The position numbers were made by a program, and so were the translations under genes. A DNA stretch of 64,000 nucleotides. Source: an uncultured Eubacteriales bacterium (lineage in GTDB: Bacteria > Bacillota > Clostridia > Lachnospirales > Lachnospiraceae). The DNA lies in assembly GCA_951800645.1 (NCBI GenBank), contig CATOIK010000006.1:25508-89507 (forward strand), written 5' to 3'. This document shows positions 29,143-40,151 of the stretch, in pieces (position 1 is the stretch's first letter; each line of letters starts with the position of its first letter). The notes under the pieces are model-generated. The model ran no database searches, had not been told where the DNA came from, and saw nothing but the letters and a program-made list of their open reading frames with translations.

Positions 29143-29625
29143 TTATGATACTCTCTGAATCTCCAGCACCCTGTACTGGATAATACCGGCCTGGGTCTCC
29201 ACATCTACCGTGTCGCCTGCCTTCTTGCCAAGCAGCGCCATGCCTACCGGAGACTCGTTGGAAATCTTGTTCTGCAGGCTGTTTGCCTCTGTAGAGCCTA
29301 CGATGCTGAACTCCATCTCCTCATCGAAATCCACATCATAAACACGCACTCTGCAGCCAATGCTGATCTTCTCTAAATCTACCTCGTCTTCGTCTACTAC
29401 CTCTGCGTTTTTCAGAAGCTTCTCCAGCTCCTCAATCCGCAGCTCGATGTCACGCTGCTCGTCTTTTGCAGCATCGTACTCTGCATTCTCAGATAAATCG
29501 CCCTGCTCTCTGGCCTCTTTAATTTTCTCAGCCACTTCCCGTCTGCGGTTTACCTTTAAATCCTGCAGCTCATCCTCGTATTTTTTTAAGCCTGCGTAGG
29601 TTAAAATGTGTTTCTTCTCCGCCAT
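29143..29625 (-). CDS. greA: Transcription elongation factor GreA
   Basis: [21 protein letters not shown]. Confidence 0.97.
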   Translation of the reverse strand: MAEKKHILTYAGLKKYEDELQDLKVNRRREVAEKIKEAREQGDLSENAEYDAAKDEQRDIELRIEELEKLLKNAEVVDEDEVDLEKISIGCRVRVYDVDFDEEMEFSIVGSTEANSLQNKISNESPVGMALLGKKAGDTVDVETQAGIIQYRVLEIQRVS

Positions 29626-29694
29626 GATGCTTATTACCTTCCTTTTCTAATTATGATACCCGATGGTTCCCCCTGGTATCATTACATTCAAAAT

Positions 29695-29723
29695 ATTATA
29701 GCTTAAACCCTATAGGTTGTCAA
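29695..29723 (-). promoter_or_regulatory. Consensus SigA promoter of greA-lysS
   Basis: TTGACA-17 bp-TATAAT. Confidence 0.85.
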
Positions 29724-29772
29724 TAACTTCGCAGTTTATCCAGCTCTGTCTCCTGGGCGCAAACCTCTCTTT

Positions 29773-30744
29773 TTACTTCGGCAGCATATCATGCTCCCGC
29801 AGCATATCTTCCAGTTCTTCCAATGTCTCCAGTGTGTTGCACCGCCTCCGCAATGCAGAGGAGCCCCGCAGACCTGCCGTGTACCAGGCGATATGCTTTC
29901 GCATCTCCTTCATCCCCAGGTTTTCTCCTTTTCGCTCTGCCTGCATTCTGGCATGGCGCAAAATCATTTCGCCAATTTCCTGAGCTGTAGGCTCAGGAAG
30001 CAGCTCTCCGGTATCCAGGTAGTGGTTAATCCGCTTAAACAGCCAGGGATTACCCTGAGCGCCTCTGGCTACCATCAGACCATCGCAGCCGGTAGTATCC
30101 AGCATGGCCCTGGCATCCTGAGGGGTAAAAATATCTCCGTTTCCGATGACCGGAATCTTTACTGCCTCTTTTACCTGACGGATAATGTCCCAGTCTGCCT
30201 TTCCAGAATAAAACTGCTCTCTGGTACGGCCGTGAACCGCCACTGCTGCCGCACCGCAGCTTTCTGCAATCCGGGCGATTTCCACTGCATTGACGCTGTC
30301 ATCGTCAAAACCTTTCCGAAACTTTAAGGTTACCGGCTTCTTTACCTTTTTCACCATAGCAGAGAGAAGCTCCTCCACCAGCTTCGGATTTTTCATAAGA
30401 GCCGAGCCCTCCCCATTGTTTACTACCTTAGGAACCGGGCAGCCCATATTAAAATCAATGATGTCAAAGGGGCCGTCCTCAATCTGGCAGGCCATGTCGC
30501 TGACTATCTCCGGGTCAGAGCCAAACAACTGCACCGACACAGGCCGTTCTCCAGGCGTTACCTCCAGCAGTTCCTTTGTATTCCGGTTTTTATAGAGAAT
30601 GGCCTTGGCGCTTACCATCTCTGTGCACACCAGACCGCAGCCCTGCTCCTTGCAAAGCTGACGGAAAGGCAGGTCTGTCACCCCGGCCATAGGGGCCAGT
30701 ACCAGATTATTCTCCAGTTCCACCGTTCCTATCCGCAGCTTCAT
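29773..30744 (-). CDS. dusB: tRNA dihydrouridine synthase B
   Basis: [25 protein letters not shown]. Confidence 0.95.
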   Translation of the reverse strand: MKLRIGTVELENNLVLAPMAGVTDLPFRQLCKEQGCGLVCTEMVSAKAILYKNRNTKELLEVTPGERPVSVQLFGSDPEIVSDMACQIEDGPFDIIDFNMGCPVPKVVNNGEGSALMKNPKLVEELLSAMVKKVKKPVTLKFRKGFDDDSVNAVEIARIAESCGAAAVAVHGRTREQFYSGKADWDIIRQVKEAVKIPVIGNGDIFTPQDARAMLDTTGCDGLMVARGAQGNPWLFKRINHYLDTGELLPEPTAQEIGEMILRHARMQAERKGENLGMKEMRKHIAWYTAGLRGSSALRRRCNTLETLEELEDMLREHDMLPK

Positions 30745-31145
30745 ACTTCTTCATTCCTTTTTTCCATTACTACATGAAGTCCCTCTCCTGCTTTTCCCAG
30801 AAAAAACACCTGATAGTAGGTTTCCAGGGATTCCAGAAGCTGCTGACCTTCCCGGATAAACTGCTTCATTTTCAAATCTGCACCAATCTCATCATAAAAT
30901 CCGTCGTACTCTGCAGTTCTGTGGAGGAACTCCAGCTTGCCCTCAGGCGTAAACTCCATAGTCAAAATTCCGCCGATTTCCTCCGTAAACCAAACGCTCA
31001 TGATACGCAGTTGGTCCTGGATGTCCTGGGGAAGGTTCTGAAACTTTTCGTTAAAATAGTAGCTTTTTTCGTAGCCGTTAGAACCGCATAAAACCACATT
31101 ACCGGCACAGTCTGCCTGATTTAAGTTCTCCTTCGCTTCTGCCAC
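30741..31145 (-). CDS. Conserved hypothetical protein (DUF6145-like)
   Basis: [23 protein letters not shown]; coupled to dusB. Confidence 0.7.
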   Translation of the reverse strand: MAEAKENLNQADCAGNVVLCGSNGYEKSYYFNEKFQNLPQDIQDQLRIMSVWFTEEIGGILTMEFTPEGKLEFLHRTAEYDGFYDEIGADLKMKQFIREGQQLLESLETYYQVFFLGKAGEGLHVVMEKRNEEV

Positions 31146-31237
31146 AATACTCCTCCTTCCTGATTCACAGCAGCCCTCCCGCCGCTATGACGCAGAAATG
31201 CCCGGCGGGTTTCCACCGGGACATCATTTGCATGTTC

Positions 31238-32212
31238 TTAGTTTGCCAGGCACTTTGCAATCTCGTACTGGTCTTCCGGAATGTCCTTCTTCATCTGCAA
31301 AGCTTCCTGAATATCGTAGTCTACATACTCGCCGTTCTTGTAAGCGATTACCCGGTTGCTGGCTCCCTGGCATAAAAGCTCTACAGCCTTTGCGCCCATG
31401 ATGGAAGCGTACACACGGTCCTTGCAGGTGGGGGTGCCGCCCCGCTGCATGTGACCCAGAATGGTAGCCCGGGTCTCAATGCCGGTAGCTGCCTCAATCC
31501 GTCTTGCCATGGAAGTGGAGTGGCCGATGCCCTCTGCATTGATGATGATGTTATGTTTCTTACCGCTCTTGCGGTTTGCAATAATCTTGTTAATCAGCTC
31601 CTGCTCGCTGCCGTCATACCGCTCCGGCAGCAGGATGTCCTCTGCACCGTTGGCGATGCCGCACCACAGGGCGATGTATCCGGCCCGGCGTCCCATAACC
31701 TCGATGATACTGCACCGCTCATGGGAGGTTGAGGTATCCCGCACCCGGTCAATGGCCTCCATAGCCGTGTTGACGGCCGTATCAAAACCAATGGTATAGT
31801 CTGTACATGCAATATCCAGGTCAATGGTTCCCGGAACACCGATGGTGTTGATGCCTAAGGCAGCCAGCTTTCCTGCTCCCCTAAAGGAACCGTCTCCGCC
31901 GATTACCACAATGCCGTCGATGCCGTGCTTGCGGCAGATTTCAGCGCCCTGGGCCTGTACATCCGGCTGGGTAAATTCCAGGCAGCGGGCCGTATAAAGA
32001 ATGGTGCCGCCCCGGTAGATAATATTGGAAACGCTGGTACTGTACATGTCAATGATTTCTTCCTGAAGAAGCCCTGCATAACCGCGCATGATGCCCTTCA
32101 CATTCAATCCTTTATTAATAGCTGTGCGCACCACCGCACGAATTGCAGCATTCATTCCCGGTGCATCACCGCCGCTTGTCAGAACACCAATCGTTTTTAC
32201 TTGTTTTGCCAT
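31238..32212 (-). CDS. pfkA: 6-phosphofructokinase
   Basis: TSGGDAPGMN, GGDGS, PGTID.D, EVMGR, GHMQRGG. Confidence 0.97.
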   Translation of the reverse strand: MAKQVKTIGVLTSGGDAPGMNAAIRAVVRTAINKGLNVKGIMRGYAGLLQEEIIDMYSTSVSNIIYRGGTILYTARCLEFTQPDVQAQGAEICRKHGIDGIVVIGGDGSFRGAGKLAALGINTIGVPGTIDLDIACTDYTIGFDTAVNTAMEAIDRVRDTSTSHERCSIIEVMGRRAGYIALWCGIANGAEDILLPERYDGSEQELINKIIANRKSGKKHNIIINAEGIGHSTSMARRIEAATGIETRATILGHMQRGGTPTCKDRVYASIMGAKAVELLCQGASNRVIAYKNGEYVDYDIQEALQMKKDIPEDQYEIAKCLAN

Positions 32213-32343
32213 GACTGTCTCCTCCTGCTATCCTCTCCGGTTTCCCGGATTCTGGCTTTCCCGGTCTGCCCCTCCGGCAGAACCTTCCTCTTCTGCTGTG
32301 TATTTCTAATCATACAATCAAAGAGTATTCTAAATCATTTTCC

Positions 32344-35300
32344 TTATCTTTTCAATCCTTTTTCCACAAGTTTGACATTTTTTTCACCAAATTCCCGGAT
32401 TAAAGTCTCTAAAACCTGCTTATCAGCCCGGATTTTCCAGTTTGCAGGCAGAATTTTCCTGGCACGCTCCTTCTCCAAATAGAGAATCACCGTGTCGCTG
32501 CCCTCCGACTGCTTTAACAGTTCCAGAATCCGGGGGCTCTTTTCATCATACTCCTCTTTGTCGGAAAACTTAATCCAAAGCTCTCTGGGCACGGCGTCAA
32601 AAGGAATGACCTTCTCTAAAATCAGCTTTCCTACCGGCTCATCCCCAATAGAAGCCCGCCCCTGGATAAATACCTTGTCGTCCTCGTTAAGCTGGGCCTT
32701 TTTGCTTTCATAATCCCGTGGGAATACTAAAACCTCTACAGAGCCAACCATGTCCTCCACTGTTACAAAAGCCATCATCTTTCCGGTTTTGGTAGTCTTT
32801 AGCACCTTTCCGGAAATCATGCCGCCGATGGTTACCCTGGCGTTGTCTGTTACCACCGCCTGATTTGTCTCCTCGTCCACAATAAAATCCGTGGTTTTGG
32901 CAGTAATGCTGTTTTTCCAGGTTTCCATGTACTCGTCCATAGGATGGCCGCTGATATAGATACCCAGAATTTCCTTCTCGTAAGCCAAAAGCTCTGCCTT
33001 GGGAAATTCCTCTACATTGGGCATGGTAATGGAAAACTGCTGTTTTTCTTCTTCTCCCCCAAAATCAAACAGGCTCATCTGACCGGCCAGAGAGGTTTTC
33101 TTTTCCTTATTTTTCTGGTCCAACAGCTCTGGAGCAATCATAGCCTTCTGCCGCCGGTTTCCGTCCATGGAATCCAGAGCGCCGGACTTGATAAAGTTCT
33201 CCAGAATCCGCTTATTGATTTCCTTGTTAGTCATCCGCTCCACAAAATCTTCCATAGAAGTGAATTTCCCATGGGCTTTCCGTTCTTCAATAATCGAATC
33301 CACCACATTACGGCCTACGCTCTTGATCGCAGACAAGCCGTAGCGGATGGCGTCGCCGGACACAGAAAATCCGCTTTGCCCCTCGTTGATGTCCGGAGGC
33401 AGAATCTGAATGCCCATCTGACGGCAGGTTAAAATATACTCTGACACCTTGGTAATGTTGTCCATAACCGATGTCATCAGGGCCGCCATAAACTCCCTGG
33501 GATAGTAGTATTTCAGCCAGGCAGTCTGATAAGCCACCACTGCGTAGCAGGCTGCGTGGGACTTGTTGAAGGCATACTTTGCAAAGTCAATCATCTCATC
33601 GTAAATGTGGTTGGCTAACTGCTGGCTGATTCCGTTTGCCACACATCCGGCCACTCCTTCCTCAGGATTTCCATAGACAAAGTTCTGCCGCTCCTTCTCC
33701 ATGACAGACGCTTTTTTCTTGGACATGGCCCGGCGCACCAGGTCGCTTCGGCCCATGGTATAGCCTGCCAGCTCCCGCACGATCTGCATCACCTGTTCCT
33801 GGTAGACGATACAGCCGTAGGTAGGGCCTAAAATAGACTCCAGTTGAGGACACTCATAGGTAATGGAATCCTTGTCGTTCTTTCCTTTCAAATACCGGGG
33901 GATAAAGTCCATGGGACCCGGACGGTACAGAGAAATGCCTGCAATGACATCCTCTAAATTCTCAGGCTTTAACTCCTTCATAAAGCTTTTCATACCTGAA
34001 CTTTCCAACTGGAAAATGCCGTCGCACTTGCCGGTTCCGATGGAGGCTAAAACTTCTTTGTCATTGTAGTCAATCTTTTCCATATCCAGATGGACGCCGC
34101 AGTTCTGCTCCACCTGCTGGGCTGCATTCTGAATGACCGTCAGGGTCCGAAGACCCAGGAAATCCATTTTTAAAAGTCCCAGTTCCTCTAAGGTTGTCAT
34201 GGTAAACTGGGTGGTGATGGTGCCGTCTGCCGCTCGGGATAAGGGCACAAACTCGTCCATGGCCCGCTGGCCGATCACTACGCCTGCGGCGTGCATGGAG
34301 GTATGGCGGGGAAGGCCCTCCAGCCGTTTGGACATATCAATCAGATACTTGACTTCATCGTCCTGCTGATAGGCCTCTCGAAGCTCTGGGCTCTGTTTTA
34401 AGGCCTTTTCCAGGGTCATCCCCAAGTCTCCCGGTATCATCTTGGCAATGGCGTCACAGCGGGCGTAGGGCATGTCTAACACCCTTCCTACATCCCGCAC
34501 CACACCCTTGGCCGCCAGAGTACCAAAGGTAACGATCTGCACCACCTGGTCCTTGCCGTATTTCTTTACTACATAGTCGATAACCTCCTGCCGCCGTTCA
34601 AAGCAGAAGTCAATATCAATATCCGGCATGGACACCCGCTCCGGGTTTAAGAACCGCTCAAACAGCAGGTCGTAGCGGATAGGGTCAATATTGGTGATTT
34701 CCAGACAATAGGCCACAATGCTGCCTGCTGCCGAGCCTCGTCCCGGCCCTACCATAATATTGTGGGACTTAGCGTAGTGGATGAAATCCCACACAATCAG
34801 AAAGTAATCCACATACCCCATATTATGGATGACGCTCAGCTCATATTCCAGCCGTTTCTGCAGAGTTCCATCGTCCTCCGGATAACGGCGGACCATGCCG
34901 TCCTGGCACAGCTTGTTTAAGTAGCTCCAGGAATCGTAGCCTTCCGGTACATCGTACCTGGGAAGTTTTATCACGCCGAACTCAATTTCCACATTACACC
35001 GCTCTGCAATTTTGTGGGTGTTGTCAATGGCTTCCTGGGCATAGGGAAACAGGGCGCGCATCTCCTCCTCGGATTTGCAGTAATACTGGCCCCCCTCGTA
35101 GCGCATCCGGTTTTCATCACTGACCTTTTTTCCGGTCTGGATGCAAAGCAGAATGTCGTGAGGGGTGGCGTCCTCTGCCAGGATATAGTGAACATCGTTG
35201 GTGGCCACTAAATCTATTTCCAGTTCCCGGCTCATTCTGAGAAGCGCCTGGTTTACAGTCCGCTGCATGGGAATGCCGTGGTCCTGCAGTTCTAAAAAGA

Positions 35301-35811
35301 AGTTGCCCTTGCCGAAAATAGCTTCATACCGCTTTGCAGACTTGCAGGCCTCCTCGTACATCCCCCGGCCTAAAAACCGCTGCACCTCTCCTGCCAGACA
35401 GGCAGACAGGGCAATGATGCCTTCGTGATAGGTTTCCAGCACCTCCATATCCACCCTGGGCTTATAGTAAAAACCGTCTACATAGCCCTTGGAGACAATT
35501 TTCATCAGATTCTGATAGCCGGTGTTGTTTTCTGCCAGCAGCACCAGATGGTAGTACCGGTCCTCGCCGCTTACGGTCTCCCGGTCAAACCGGGAACCGG
35601 GAGCCACATACACCTCACAGCCGATAATGGGTTTTACCCCTGCCTCTCTGGCCGCCCGGTAAAAATCTATGACGCCGTACATGGCGCCGTGATCTGTAAT
35701 TGCCATGCTGTCCATGCCCAGCTCTTTTGCCCGGGCCGCCAGCTCTTTTATTTTACAGGAACCGTCCAGCAGACTGTACTCTGTATGGACATGCAGATGG
35801 GTAAATGCCAC
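32344..35811 (-). CDS. dnaE: DNA polymerase III alpha subunit
   Basis: HLHVHTEYSLLDG PHP domain, GPGRGSAAGS, PDIDIDF, FNKSH. Confidence 0.98.
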   Translation of the reverse strand: MAFTHLHVHTEYSLLDGSCKIKELAARAKELGMDSMAITDHGAMYGVIDFYRAAREAGVKPIIGCEVYVAPGSRFDRETVSGEDRYYHLVLLAENNTGYQNLMKIVSKGYVDGFYYKPRVDMEVLETYHEGIIALSACLAGEVQRFLGRGMYEEACKSAKRYEAIFGKGNFFLELQDHGIPMQRTVNQALLRMSRELEIDLVATNDVHYILAEDATPHDILLCIQTGKKVSDENRMRYEGGQYYCKSEEEMRALFPYAQEAIDNTHKIAERCNVEIEFGVIKLPRYDVPEGYDSWSYLNKLCQDGMVRRYPEDDGTLQKRLEYELSVIHNMGYVDYFLIVWDFIHYAKSHNIMVGPGRGSAAGSIVAYCLEITNIDPIRYDLLFERFLNPERVSMPDIDIDFCFERRQEVIDYVVKKYGKDQVVQIVTFGTLAAKGVVRDVGRVLDMPYARCDAIAKMIPGDLGMTLEKALKQSPELREAYQQDDEVKYLIDMSKRLEGLPRHTSMHAAGVVIGQRAMDEFVPLSRAADGTITTQFTMTTLEELGLLKMDFLGLRTLTVIQNAAQQVEQNCGVHLDMEKIDYNDKEVLASIGTGKCDGIFQLESSGMKSFMKELKPENLEDVIAGISLYRPGPMDFIPRYLKGKNDKDSITYECPQLESILGPTYGCIVYQEQVMQIVRELAGYTMGRSDLVRRAMSKKKASVMEKERQNFVYGNPEEGVAGCVANGISQQLANHIYDEMIDFAKYAFNKSHAACYAVVAYQTAWLKYYYPREFMAALMTSVMDNITKVSEYILTCRQMGIQILPPDINEGQSGFSVSGDAIRYGLSAIKSVGRNVVDSIIEERKAHGKFTSMEDFVERMTNKEINKRILENFIKSGALDSMDGNRRQKAMIAPELLDQKNKEKKTSLAGQMSLFDFGGEEEKQQFSITMPNVEEFPKAELLAYEKEILGIYISGHPMDEYMETWKNSITAKTTDFIVDEETNQAVVTDNARVTIGGMISGKVLKTTKTGKMMAFVTVEDMVGSVEVLVFPRDYESKKAQLNEDDKVFIQGRASIGDEPVGKLILEKVIPFDAVPRELWIKFSDKEEYDEKSPRILELLKQSEGSDTVILYLEKERARKILPANWKIRADKQVLETLIREFGEKNVKLVEKGLKR

Positions 35812-36001
35812 GGCTGTTCCTCCTTTAGTCTATGTAATGTCAGTAATTTTTTCTGTCTATACTGATTATAATTATACCTGTAAACAGCAAAAAAAGCCAC
35901 CAGAAAATAAAGAAACAGGACTCCCAAAAACCAGTCTGCCGCCAGTTTTCAGAGAATCCTGTCATTTCACATGTTTCTATAAATAAACTATATCAGCCGC
36001 T

Positions 36002-36259
36002 TCATTTTGTGCCAACCAGATATTTCTCAATCTCATCCATGGCCGCTTCCTCATCGTCTCCTTCAGCAGACACAACCAGGGTTTCGCCGGCGCCCATCCC
36101 CAGAGTCATCATTCCCATAATGCTCTTGGCGTTTACACGGGCGTTTCCGCTTTCCACATAAATGCGGCTGTCATACTGGCTTGCAATCTGCACCAGCATG
36201 GCTACCGGTCTGACCTCAAGGCCGGATGTGAGTCCAATGGTAACATTTTTCTTTAACAT
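36002..36259 (-). CDS. HPr/Crh-like protein (Glu at position 15, Ser46 retained)
   Basis: GLEVRP in place of GLHARP; NAKSIMG. Confidence 0.9.
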   Translation of the reverse strand: MLKKNVTIGLTSGLEVRPVAMLVQIASQYDSRIYVESGNARVNAKSIMGMMTLGMGAGETLVVSAEGDDEEAAMDEIEKYLVGTK

Positions 36260-36290
36260 AATCATCCTCCTCAAATACTAACGGCATATC

Positions 36291-37256
36291 CTATGCCTGT
36301 GGGCCAGGATAAGTCTCCCGAAGCCGCTCCGCTATGGCGCTTAACTTCCTGAGACGATGGTTCACCCCCGACTTGCCAACTGGAGGTTCCAATCCTTCCC
36401 CAAGCTCTTTCAGTGTTGCTTCCGGCTTTGACAGTCTTAATCCTGCAATTTCCTGAAGATTTTCCGGAAGAGTATCAAAACCAACCGTATCCCGGATAAA
36501 GGTAATATCCTCAATCTGCTTCACTGCTGCTGACACGGTTTTGTTGATGTTGGCAGTTTCGCAGTTGACCTGGCGGTTTACACTGCCCCGCATTTCCTTT
36601 AAAATCCGGATATTTTCCAGCTCCATCAAAGAAACCGGAGCCTCCATCACATTCAGGATGTCTACAATCTGGCTGCCTTCCTTGATGTAAACCACAAAAT
36701 ACTTTTTCCGCTTGACGATTTTGGCGTCCAGACCGAATGCCAGAATCAGTCCCTGCAGCTGAACAGCCTTGGCTTCAGATGCACAGGCGATTTCAAAATG
36801 GTAAAATCTTTCCGGGTCGCTTATGGAACCGGCTGCCAGAAATGCGCCGCGGATAAAGGCCCGCTTGCAGCAGTTCTGCATAATTACCACATTTTGAGCC
36901 AGGGACAGATTTTCCTCCACCTGGCCGTAACGGTCAATCAGCTTGGCCGCCTGCAGCACCCGGATGGAATCTTCATGACTGCAGACGCACACGGTATAGA
37001 TGCGGCTGCGATGATTCTCTGCCCCCTGTCGTATGGAAACATCAGTACCTATATTAAAGGTTTTTTTCAATAATGTAAAGTATTTTCTTGCAACTGCTGC
37101 ATTTTCCGTACTGATTTTTACCCGATACCGGTCGTTTTGGGAGATTTGCACCTTACCGCATAAGGTCAGGATGGCGGTCATCTCCGCAATCTGACAATGC
37201 CGGGCCGGGCTTAACTGCCGGGACAGTTCATCTTTTACCCTGGAGGAAAATGACAT
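36291..37256 (-). CDS. whiA: DNA-binding protein WhiA
   Basis: MSFSSRVKDEL, RGAFLAAGS, NRQVNCETAN, KSGVNHRLRKL. Confidence 0.96.
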   Translation of the reverse strand: MSFSSRVKDELSRQLSPARHCQIAEMTAILTLCGKVQISQNDRYRVKISTENAAVARKYFTLLKKTFNIGTDVSIRQGAENHRSRIYTVCVCSHEDSIRVLQAAKLIDRYGQVEENLSLAQNVVIMQNCCKRAFIRGAFLAAGSISDPERFYHFEIACASEAKAVQLQGLILAFGLDAKIVKRKKYFVVYIKEGSQIVDILNVMEAPVSLMELENIRILKEMRGSVNRQVNCETANINKTVSAAVKQIEDITFIRDTVGFDTLPENLQEIAGLRLSKPEATLKELGEGLEPPVGKSGVNHRLRKLSAIAERLRETYPGPQA

Positions 37257-37279
37257 GGTTCACCTCTGGTTTCTGCGCC

Positions 37280-38155
37280 TCACTTTTTGCGCAATGCATC
37301 TTTTTCTATGTCTCTGTGCTCAATCTTTAAGCCGAACTCCTCGCGTCGGCTTAAATGCTGGTATAAGGCTCCTGCGATGGTTACGGACCGGTGTTTTCCT
37401 CCGGTGCATCCGATTCCCACCACCAGTTGGTTTTTTCCTTCCTCTACATATCTGGGAATCAGAAATTCCAGCATATCGTACAGCTTTTTCAAGAATTCAT
37501 CGGCTGTGCCGCCCCGATGGACATAGGCCTGCACCTCCGGCTCCTGGCCGGTGTGGCTGCGAAGGGACTCCACATAATAGGGGTTTGGCAGGAACCGGAC
37601 ATCAAACACCAAATCAGCGTCTGTGGGAATTCCATATTTAAAGCCAAAGGACAGCACCGTAATAAACAGATTCTGATACTGCCGCTCCTTCACATAAATC
37701 TTTTCCAACTCCTGCTTAAGTTCCCTGGTAAGAAGCTGGCTGGTGTCCAGAATCACATGGGCTTCTTTTTTCAGGAATTCCAGCCGCTGCCGTTCCAGGG
37801 CAATGCCGCCGTCTACCCGGCCCTGTCCTGCCAGAGGGTGAGACCGTCTGGTTTCCTTATAGCGCTTGATCAGGATTTCATCGGAACAGTCTAAAAACAA
37901 AATCTCGTAGGAAAGTCCCTGTACCCTCCAGTCTTCCAGCACCGTCTTCATGCGGGGCAGCTCCTCGCCGCTGCGGATGTCAATTCCCAGGGCCACCTGC
38001 TCCCGCTTATCCGGCTGTCCAAGGAGCAGCTCTGCAAAGGGTTCTATCAGCGGAATGGGAAGATTATCTACACAGTAAAACCCCATATCCTCCAACATTT
38101 TCAGAGCCTGGGTCTTTCCTGCCCCTGACATTCCAGTTACGATTACCAGCTTCAT
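37280..38155 (-). CDS. rapZ: RNase adapter RapZ/YvcJ
   Basis: GMSGAGKT, SFGFKYG, DVRFLPNP, GCTGGKHRS; ATG 38155. Confidence 0.95.
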   Translation of the reverse strand: MKLVIVTGMSGAGKTQALKMLEDMGFYCVDNLPIPLIEPFAELLLGQPDKREQVALGIDIRSGEELPRMKTVLEDWRVQGLSYEILFLDCSDEILIKRYKETRRSHPLAGQGRVDGGIALERQRLEFLKKEAHVILDTSQLLTRELKQELEKIYVKERQYQNLFITVLSFGFKYGIPTDADLVFDVRFLPNPYYVESLRSHTGQEPEVQAYVHRGGTADEFLKKLYDMLEFLIPRYVEEGKNQLVVGIGCTGGKHRSVTIAGALYQHLSRREEFGLKIEHRDIEKDALRKK

Positions 38156-38196
38156 CGGTCCTTCTCTCCTGCCTGTATTTCTTTTCCCCGGCTGTC

Positions 38197-39108
38197 TTAA
38201 AACTCTCCCAGCCGCTTTACTTCCATTTCCAGCGTCACGCCGAACTGCTCCTTCACCTTTTCCTGCACCTGACTGCACAGGGAAAGGATGTCTGCCGCAG
38301 TAGCGCCGCCTTTATTCACCACAAACCCGCAGTGCTTCTCCGACACCTGGGCGCCGCCTACGGTAAATCCCCGAAGTCCTGCGTCCTGAATCAGCTTTCC
38401 TGCAAAGTATCCTTCTGGCCGCTTAAAGGTGCTGCCTGCGCTGGGATACTCTAAAGGCTGCTTCTCCCGCCGCCGGGAAGCCAGGTCATTCATGGTTTTC
38501 CGGATTTCCTCCGGGTCTCCCGGCGTTAAGGAAAGCTTTGCTTCCAGCACCACATACTCTCTTTCAGGGATACAGCTGGTACGGTAGCCCAGGTTAAGCT
38601 CATGGGCAGGAATGGTTTTTACATGGCCATCCTTTGTCAGCACCGTTACCTCCTGAAGCACCTGCCGCAGCTCCCCGCCGTAAGCCCCTGCATTCATAAC
38701 GCAGGCGCCGCCGATAGTGCCGGGGATTCCGGCTGCAAATTCCAGTCCTGTAAGAGCCCCTTCCAGCGCCCGCTTTGCCACAGTGGAAAGGAGGGCTCCT
38801 GCTCCTGCCTGTACAGAATTTCCTTCCACGGCAACCTGGCTCCAACTGCCGCCCATCATGTCAATGATAACGCCGCGAAAACCGCCGTCTCCCACCAGCA
38901 GATTACTGCCGTTTCCCAGAATATAGAAAGGAATCTGCTCCTTCCGGCACAGGGCTGTCACTGCCGCCAGCTCCCCGGCAGTAGCCGGACAGACAAACCA
39001 GTCTGCCGGACCTCCCACCCGGAAGGTGGTGTGGCTGCTCATAGGTTCCAAAAGCTTTAAGGTTCCCTCTTTTAAAATTTCCTGTAACTGCTTTGTAAAT
39101 CCGTTCAT
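38197..39108 (-). CDS. murB: UDP-N-acetylenolpyruvoylglucosamine reductase
   Basis: HTTFRVGG, GNGSN, MNAGAYG, PSAGSTFKRP. Confidence 0.97.
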   Translation of the reverse strand: MNGFTKQLQEILKEGTLKLLEPMSSHTTFRVGGPADWFVCPATAGELAAVTALCRKEQIPFYILGNGSNLLVGDGGFRGVIIDMMGGSWSQVAVEGNSVQAGAGALLSTVAKRALEGALTGLEFAAGIPGTIGGACVMNAGAYGGELRQVLQEVTVLTKDGHVKTIPAHELNLGYRTSCIPEREYVVLEAKLSLTPGDPEEIRKTMNDLASRRREKQPLEYPSAGSTFKRPEGYFAGKLIQDAGLRGFTVGGAQVSEKHCGFVVNKGGATAADILSLCSQVQEKVKEQFGVTLEMEVKRLGEF

Positions 39109-39138
39109 GAAATTCCTCTTGATTTTTGATTTTCTCTC

Positions 39139-40077
39139 CTACAGAGAGGACGGAGCTCCCAGTCCCAGATTTGCCTGTACCCGGTTATAAAGCTCCTTGG
39201 CTGCATTGTAGCCCATCTTCTTCTGACGGTGGTTGACAGCCGCAGACTCTACGATGATAGCCAGATTCCGGCCCGGACGGATGGGAATGTTGTGGCACAC
39301 CACCTTGTTTCCCAAAAACTCGGTGTACTGGTCTTCCAGCCCCAGTCGGTCATATTCCCTGTCCTTATCCCAGTCCTCTAACTTAATTACCATATCAATA
39401 TTCTGGCTGTCCTTTACGCTTTCTACACCAAACAATGCCTTTACATCAATGATGCCGATACCCCGCAGTTCAATAAAGTGCTTGGTAATATCCGGAGCAC
39501 GGCCTACCAGGGTTTCGTCGCTGACCTTGTGTATCTCCACTACATCATCCGTTACCAGACGATGGCCCCGCTTAATCAGCTCCAGAGCTGCCTCGCTTTT
39601 ACCAATGCCGCTTTCTCCCATGATCAGCACACCTTCGCCGTAAACATCCACCAGCACGCCGTGAATGCTGATGCAGGGAGCCAGCTTTACCTTCAGCCAG
39701 CGGATAACCTCTGCCATCAGCTCAGAGGTGCTTTTTTCCGATACCAGACAGGGAACCTGATAGTGATAGCACAGATTCTGCATATCCTCATCCGGCATCT
39801 GTCCCCGGCTGTAAAGCACGCAGGGAATATCGCTGCAAAGCAGACGGTCATAGCGCTCCATCTTGGTTTCAGGATCCAGGGTTTTAATATACTCCTGTTC
39901 CACATAGCCGATAATCTGCACCCGCTCCCGGTCAAAGTGGTCAAAAAAGCCGGCCAACTGCAGCGCCGGGCGGTTCACATCCGGGTGAGCCAAAACCACC
40001 TTGTCTGTATCAATCTCCGGAAGAATGTTCTTTAAACTCATCTTCTTAATCAGTTCTGTAACCGTAACTCCGTACAT
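39139..40077 (-). CDS. hprK: HPr kinase/phosphorylase
   Basis: HGVLVDVYGEG, GESGIGKSE, LVTDD, ELRGIGII. Confidence 0.97.
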   Translation of the reverse strand: MYGVTVTELIKKMSLKNILPEIDTDKVVLAHPDVNRPALQLAGFFDHFDRERVQIIGYVEQEYIKTLDPETKMERYDRLLCSDIPCVLYSRGQMPDEDMQNLCYHYQVPCLVSEKSTSELMAEVIRWLKVKLAPCISIHGVLVDVYGEGVLIMGESGIGKSEAALELIKRGHRLVTDDVVEIHKVSDETLVGRAPDITKHFIELRGIGIIDVKALFGVESVKDSQNIDMVIKLEDWDKDREYDRLGLEDQYTEFLGNKVVCHNIPIRPGRNLAIIVESAAVNHRQKKMGYNAAKELYNRVQANLGLGAPSSL

Positions 40078-40151
40078 ACTTCCACTCCTTATCCTAAAGA
40101 TGTATCTTCCACCATCCTACCATATCTGCAGAGAAATGTCATCTGGTGATT

